A stretch of 64,000 nucleotides of DNA from Balanoglossus misakiensis (taxonomy: Eukaryota; Animalia; Hemichordata), in the NCBI GenBank assembly GCA_040954595.2, contig CM082580.2:7666390-7730389 (forward strand). Reading direction: 5' to 3'. How positions within the stretch are numbered: the first letter of the stretch is position 1; each line of letters starts with the position of its first letter. Under the pieces are notes generated by a model. It was given only the letters and a program-made list of their open reading frames with translations, made no database searches and was not told the DNA's origin. The position numbers and the translations under genes were made by a program. Below, in pieces: positions 53,401-64,000 of this stretch.

Positions 53401-56087
53401 TGGCTGTACTTTTGGATGTGCCATGCTTGAATTTTACAACTTTCATTCAGTGTATATAGAAAGAAAAATAAGAATGAATTGTGACCAGGAAAAAAATAAA
53501 ACAGAAGAGACATTGTAATTTTTACATTAGCTGATGAAATCACTCTCACAGACTTTAGGTTTAGAACCCCATTGGCAATAACTTCTTCTCGGAATTTCTA
53601 CCACGGTTGCATCGAAATGCAGAACTTTAGAGACAAAAGTCATTGTTGACGACTCAAAGCGAGGCATTCAATCTGAAGTCAGATCTGGGAGGGATAGGTC
53701 CCAACAAGAAAAAGAATCACCACAAAATGGCTGTCTGGCAGCCATGTTGGATTGCATTGCACAGATGCAGATATACAGTACCCGAGTTAGGGCTTCTGAT
53801 GGGTAAAATCGCGAACTCAAATCTCAAAGTCAGCACGGTTACTTCCAGATGTCCCCATGAAAAATCGAATGATTCAGCCCAACAAATAAGTTCCACCCGA
53901 ACCGGATAACTGTACAAAGTCAAGTGCTGTACAAATTTCAGCGGGGGCAAAGATCGCTGTCTGTGAAAATTAATGCTAATGGGGTCCCAGCAAACACACA
54001 GTTGAAATGAAATGCAACGGAAAATAGGACAAGACTGAAGTACTTTCTGGACTTAACTACCACTTCCCATTCGCAATCGTTTGAAATTTGACAATTTCAC
54101 ACCGACCGAGAAAGAGAACTGGTCAAAGATGGAAGATACACAATGCTGAAGAAATATGTACCTCATAGAAACCCACTGCTAATAATTTAATCTAGTGTTA
54201 GCAGAGATAGAGAGAGAGAATGGACAAGGTAGAGAGTTAGAATGAGTAATGTGTATGATCTATGCACAAAGCACCACCCAAAATGTTTACACCAGTCTCA
54301 TGCAAATTACAGTGAAACCTGTCAAGAACACCTTCAAGAATAGAATGTAATCTGCTATTAAAATTGTAATGTTTGTCTTGAAAAATGTGTCCTTAATAAA
54401 GAGGTTCCACTGTATTTGCTTGTCATTTCAGCATTAAACTATATTCTCTGCTATTCCAGTTTAAGGATGATTTATATTTTAAAATTAACAAAGCACATCA
54501 GGTGTCATTACGTAAAAAAAATGTCACTGACTGTAATAACATTTTGCAAAAAACCTAGAGATGAGATGATAGTGAAGTTATAACGGAAGAAATCCCTTGT
54601 ATACAGAAGAAATGCTCTGAAATAGTTGAGTCGCATCAACTACGATTCTGCCGTGATGGTCATGTGACTGTTGACCCTTCACCCCTGTGACATCATCACT
54701 AGGGTTGCCATGTCATGTGACGTACCTGCTTCCAATACTGTTCAAGACTTCCTTGGAAGAAGCGACTGTCCTCTCCAGCGAGTATTTCTGTCTCGTATAT
54801 CAAACCTTCCGATGAAAGCAGAAAACAGCTTTGAATAAAAGAAGTCACCAATCTAAACTGAGTATGCCACGGCAAATACCTGTATGCACACATTTCACTG
54901 TCTCAACACATTAGACACTTACCTTTGTTAGTGCCAAGTAATATTTCTCCAGTGGAATTGTCGCTTCCCGATGCTTTATTCCAAGCCACTGAATCCATAA
55001 GCAGACCCTTGAAGACAATCAAGAAGGCATTCCGGGAGTCAGACACTATTCTACCAATCTACATCAGATTGTTCAGAAAAATCTACTGCACTCTCCAAGA
55101 AGCAGGTACATTGTACAAATGCACCTTTACATTAAAAAAATCTACCGAGGTCTTCCCGAGTTTGGCACTGACCCTCACCTTCATCTTGGCCAGCTGCCGG
55201 GGTTTCTTGGAGCCCCTGGAGAGATACAAGACGTCTTGAGACGTCATGCTGATAACCAGGTGCCTGCCGTTCGGATCCAGGAACATCTTGTGTACTTTGT
55301 CGTCTGTTTGGCGATTACTGGTGAGTTCCACTTCTGAAATGGTCAAGGCGAGTGTTACTACGCATGAGTGACTGACATAGCATACAAGCCACACAACATA
55401 CAGACAGAATTCTAAACTTATTTTTACAGTAAAAGGGATGCGACAAAATGCGGCAGGATATTGTGCCTTACCGTCGATGTTGTCTGGGTGTTCCAGGTCA
55501 AATCTCAGCACAATGTTCCTTGCCAACGCCATAACCAAAATGTTATTATTGACCACCATGTGTGTGATTGCATGTTGTGGACTGAAAGACAACAAAGAAA
55601 TGATTATTTCTAAAGAATACAGTTATAATAATGACGATGCATTATTTTACATCTTGTTTTGGGTAACTGGGATATTAAATAGCAATTAACACCTAAAACA
55701 ATGGCCGTTCCCCAACTGTCTGTGGAGGGACTGTGGTGTGATTAACAACATCTGCTCTCCTGATAGTATTTAGTCAATTTATATTGCCACACAAACAGCA
55801 TGATGGATTATGTTTGCCAATTGTACCATACCTGAAATTGACCTTCTGTTTGACAAAAATCGGGGTCTTGTCTTCCTCTCTCACATTGATGTAGCCAGTG
55901 GTAATCTGGAGAAATATGATAAATCCTTTAAGTGTACCACCTCAAACACAGTAAACTATCTCTAGCTTCCAGAAAAGCAATAATCTCACATCTGACAGGT
56001 TATGTTTATTTATGTAAGAACATTTACGTCATGTCTGTAATTGTATCTGCATGCATGTGAGATGAGAAATGTTGTTGTTGTTGTTGT

Positions 56088-56127
<40 letters not shown>

Positions 56128-56160
56128 CATGATGATCATGATCATTGATGATGTTGTTGT

Positions 56161-56218
<58 letters not shown>

Positions 56219-56242
56219 CATGATCATTGATGATGTTGTTGT

Positions 56243-56309
<67 letters not shown>

Positions 56310-56363
56310 CATGATGATGATCATGATGATCATGATCATTGATGATGTTGTTGTTGTTGTTGT

Positions 56364-56449
<86 letters not shown>

Positions 56450-56594
56450 TTATTTATGCTCATACCATCATCAGCGCTCACAGAGCATTCTAACTTACCG
56501 GCTCTGGTACGCTTCCCCTTGAAAAATTCTGTGCAGCTGATGAGAGATTTGTCCTCGCTGAGGCCTGCTCGTATTGGTCAAATAACGATGCCAT
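47426..56594 (-). CDS. VPS18: Vacuolar protein sorting 18 (HOPS/CORVET core subunit), >20 exons
   Basis: MASLFDQYEQ N-terminus, VHKMFLDPNGRHLVISM, SMVVTEFHVLLLF, RDVWQMYL, YALTERSFEEVALKF, LYYKFSPVLM, DLKYALRLC, LLKIEDILPFFPDFVTIDHFK, RING CSSC...YLFPCQHMFHSDCL...ECVYCGDIMIRSIDKPFI. Stop codon at 47426. Confidence 0.97.
47615..47716. mobile_element. Short hairpin MITE-like repeat, copy 2 (last VPS18 intron)
   Basis: CATTCTCCGTAC(T/C)GAGATTGTAGC is shared with copy 1. Inverted repeat TAACCTAGCTAGGGGG...CCCCCTAGCTAGGTTA. Confidence 0.6.
53218..53308. mobile_element. Small piggyBac-like MITE remnant
   Basis: AACCCTTTCACC...GGTGAAAGGGTT inverted termini. The same left end (AACCCTTTCACCCCCATTTC) recurs near 47724. 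Confidence 0.45.
53566..53985. mobile_element. Possible MITE in a VPS18 intron
   Basis: Short imperfect inverted termini ACCCCATTGGCA...TGCTAATGGGGT bound ~420 bp. Confidence 0.3.
56069..56450 (+). repeat. Compound (GTT)n(GAT)n(GATCAT)n microsatellite with higher-order units, VPS18 intron 1
   Basis: Four (GTT)n(GAT)n blocks joined by GATCATGATCATTGATGAT junctions. Confidence 0.97.
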
Positions 56595-57109
56595 CATGGA
56601 GTGGTGCGATGCTGGGTCTACGCTCTATCAAGATCAGATCCTATGGTCTAATCAAAGTCAGGGATACCGAAAGTCACACACTTTTTAAAATTATAAGAAG
56701 ACAAAGCACCTTGAATTTTATCTCAAACGGTATACACATACATGTACTATAACGCCCCCTGCATATGTAAAACCTGCGGATGATTGCATGCGTGTATCTA
56801 CGTGAAAGCTACAGTTAACCCCCGAATTCCATCAAAAATTATTTCAAATATGAACAGCCATACCATAAGAAAGTGTCTCCATTCATCTGACGTTACATCA
56901 CGCCGTTCGTCTTTCTGAAATCAGTCATCGAAATACTGAGCTCCACGGAGGTTCCCACTCATTACACTACGACTATGGCGATCACATTAAGACCCTCTAT
57001 GCTGTTCATTATTTTACGCACAGTTTTCGAAGTGGCATTATATAGGAAAACAAGTGTACCGGCTATATGAATTGGTTTGTCGCGAGATGGTGATTGTAAA
57101 TGTATAAAT

Positions 57110-57252
57110 TCACGTGAATACTTTAACAGCAAATTTTCCGTGCGATATTGTGAAATGTATGCTCGATAGTCAGAACTGTTTGATACATTTTAAGTAAACT
57201 GTGGGGTCTACTATACAGGACTTCTTCTTCCCGTTCTTCCGGGTCATGTGAT
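57110..57252. promoter_or_regulatory. E-box / M-box (CLEAR-like) motifs upstream of VPS18
   Basis: TTCACGTGAA near 57110 and GGTCATGTGA near 57242. Confidence 0.4.
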
Positions 57253-57908
57253 TTGCAATGAACTTTGACCGTATCATGAATTATTAATTTTTTCGGGTAT
57301 TAAAGGGGAGGGGGCCTCCCGAAATCAGATTCTTCCTGATGTAAAGCAGTTTACTGCAGTCGTCTGCCACTTCCAACCCTCACAACACACACACGGACAC
57401 AATATTGAGTGTATGCTGTATCATTTATTGATAATAGACCAAAACCAAATAGGCCCTATAGGAACATTTGCATCTACATGTACAGTGGTGTACCGGCCAA
57501 ATATTGAATTATCTCCATCTCCAGTCATCTGGACCATTCAAAAGTTCTGTCGGGCATGTTGGTGGTGATGGCGTTGTGTTTTTCTCTGATTCTAACAATC
57601 CTGGTGGAAGACTTGTTGCTGACCAGATGATGTCATATACACGCAGGGCAACATGCGTAAGCTGTGGCCTCACACAACCATTTCCTTCTCCATAATCTGG
57701 GTTTGTCAAATCTTTTTACGTCCATGGTCAAATTAACAATCAACGTGATGCCCGTTGCTTTTTTTAGCTGTGATGCAGACCTATAGTAAAATAGCTCTAT
57801 TTTCTAGATTAAACTGCAAGGTAATTCATAGAAAGGGTGTTCATTGGTTGTTGTGTGGTGATGTCGTTACGTGAAATGTAGGATCGCGCAAATCGTCATT
57901 CTGCGACT

Positions 57909-62512
<4,604 letters not shown>

Positions 62513-63419
62513 GTTGACAGCAATCTTTTTCAGTTCACCGTCTGGAGTGTTGCTGGTAGAATCAGGCAGTTGGGTTTTTATAGCACCTGTGGACAATCCA
62601 CCATTGTCCAAAGCGTAGTGGAAAGCACACACACACACCGCGTATCGGACAAACAAGAACAAAATTAACCAATTGTTGAAGTTGCACGAACCGCTGCGGT
62701 CGTTAATCGGAGACTCGCAGCACGCTCCAGTCATTTTTTGCCGCCATTTACAAAAAAATGTGCAAACTCAGCACCCACCACTAAAGACATGAAATTAAAC
62801 ACATATTTAATTTATGTCGTAACGAGCCCCGAGTGGGTCTTTGTTTGTCGCTCCTGGGTACAATCCCATTAAAACGTGATCGGTATTTGCAAAGATTGAA
62901 GTCGTCTCGGGACATTTCCGAGTCTTTTCTTTTCGCAGACAACACGTTAATCTACCGAAAGAATCGGCGCAACCGCAGTAAAAAACAACTGAACAACCGC
63001 TCACCGCTGGCATTCAGACTCAATAGCGAACTATGGGGGTGTTCATTCCCAGTTTACAATTGCCGATCACATCTCCCCGGATCGTGTATGTCTAGACAGA
63101 CGCATGCATTAGAAAAGGCCTTTAAAAAATAGGCGATATAAAAACATTCTGCATGCAGGTCCATTGTTTGAAAGATTTTAATGGATAACTGCAGTGGTCC
63201 TAAGTAGAACTGTAATTTTTTTTTACGGTGAGTGGTTGCTTAAAGATTTTATGGGTCTTTTGATTGATCATATTCTTCCGTCGTTTCAGCCTAGCCGAAG
63301 TAGAATCGTGCCTGGCGAATCAGCTCGCCGGTTCGAAGCTGGAGCAGAAAGGAGGGAAGGAAGTAGCACAGTGTGAGTCTTTATACGGCTGATCAAATAT
63401 TGGATATAATGATTGCATA

Positions 63420-63503
63420 CCACACCACGCCACGCCACATAATATCACACCACACCACACCACATCACACCACACCACACCACACCACATCACATCACAT
63501 CAC
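63420..63503 (+). repeat. (CACAC/CACAT)n pentanucleotide microsatellite
   Basis: Direct reading. Confidence 0.9.
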
Positions 63504-64000
63504 AAGATCGCAACGCATGTTCCTACTACGTGTTTTTCTCAGCAAAGATATTGTCTTGCGGCGCGCGGGAGCTAGCCCTCACAGTCACATTGCCGGAAAT
63601 CTCCCAGTACACTAAATTTAATATGGGTTTGTAGTTGTTATACTCCACTCAATTTTTTTGGTAATATAGAATATATAAACACAATTTATTGCTATCATAT
63701 TTTAATATTTCATTCGAAACAAGAGTCTACCTGCCAGTTGGGAAAAGGCTGTATTGTTTTACGTTAAATGCCTTTATTGACATTGCTTTAACGGTCGACG
63801 AATGATTAACTCAAATTCGAGTAAAATTTCTTCCCCGGATCGGCCGCTGTGATCGTGAGTAATATTTGACGCCTGTCCCGCACATGCGTTCATTGACCCA
63901 CAGTCCCTCTTTCTTGGGGGACTGTGATAGACCCTAGGGTCTACGCTGCGATGAGCGAAGTCAATGTCAACTCCAAGAAATTAGCACGATAAAAGGTGCT

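Noticed and set aside
56024-56752. Poly-His/Asp/Met/Ile ORFs
   Set aside because: Translations of the (GAT)n microsatellite in VPS18 intron 1.

Overview
Intron-rich eukaryotic (invertebrate animal; probably deuterostome, taxon inferred only) DNA. I rebuilt the gene models by hand from GT-AG splice sites. In order: a >11.8-kb first intron and exon 1 of a PS1/ITGA3-6-7-type integrin alpha (-), with a 5'-truncated L2-type LINE in the intron; BLOC1S1 (+); PYM1 (-); a 458-aa OAS-like protein with four N-terminal zinc fingers and a degenerate active site (+); a 16-exon GABA-B-like class C GPCR (+) whose first intron holds a 4.4-kb Academ-like foldback element; CATSPER4 (-); CFAP97D2-like (+); VPS18 (-); and a secreted GH9 cellulase with an acidic RKKR-terminated pro-segment (-). 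The best candidate for a new system is the zinc-finger/pseudo-OAS gene. It has AP-1 and two kappaB motifs in a compact promoter shared with PYM1, and a long hairpin in its putative 3' UTR. The integrin-BLOC1S1-PYM1 arrangement resembles human 12q13 (ITGA7-BLOC1S1...PYM1). Family assignments come from motif recognition, not database searches.
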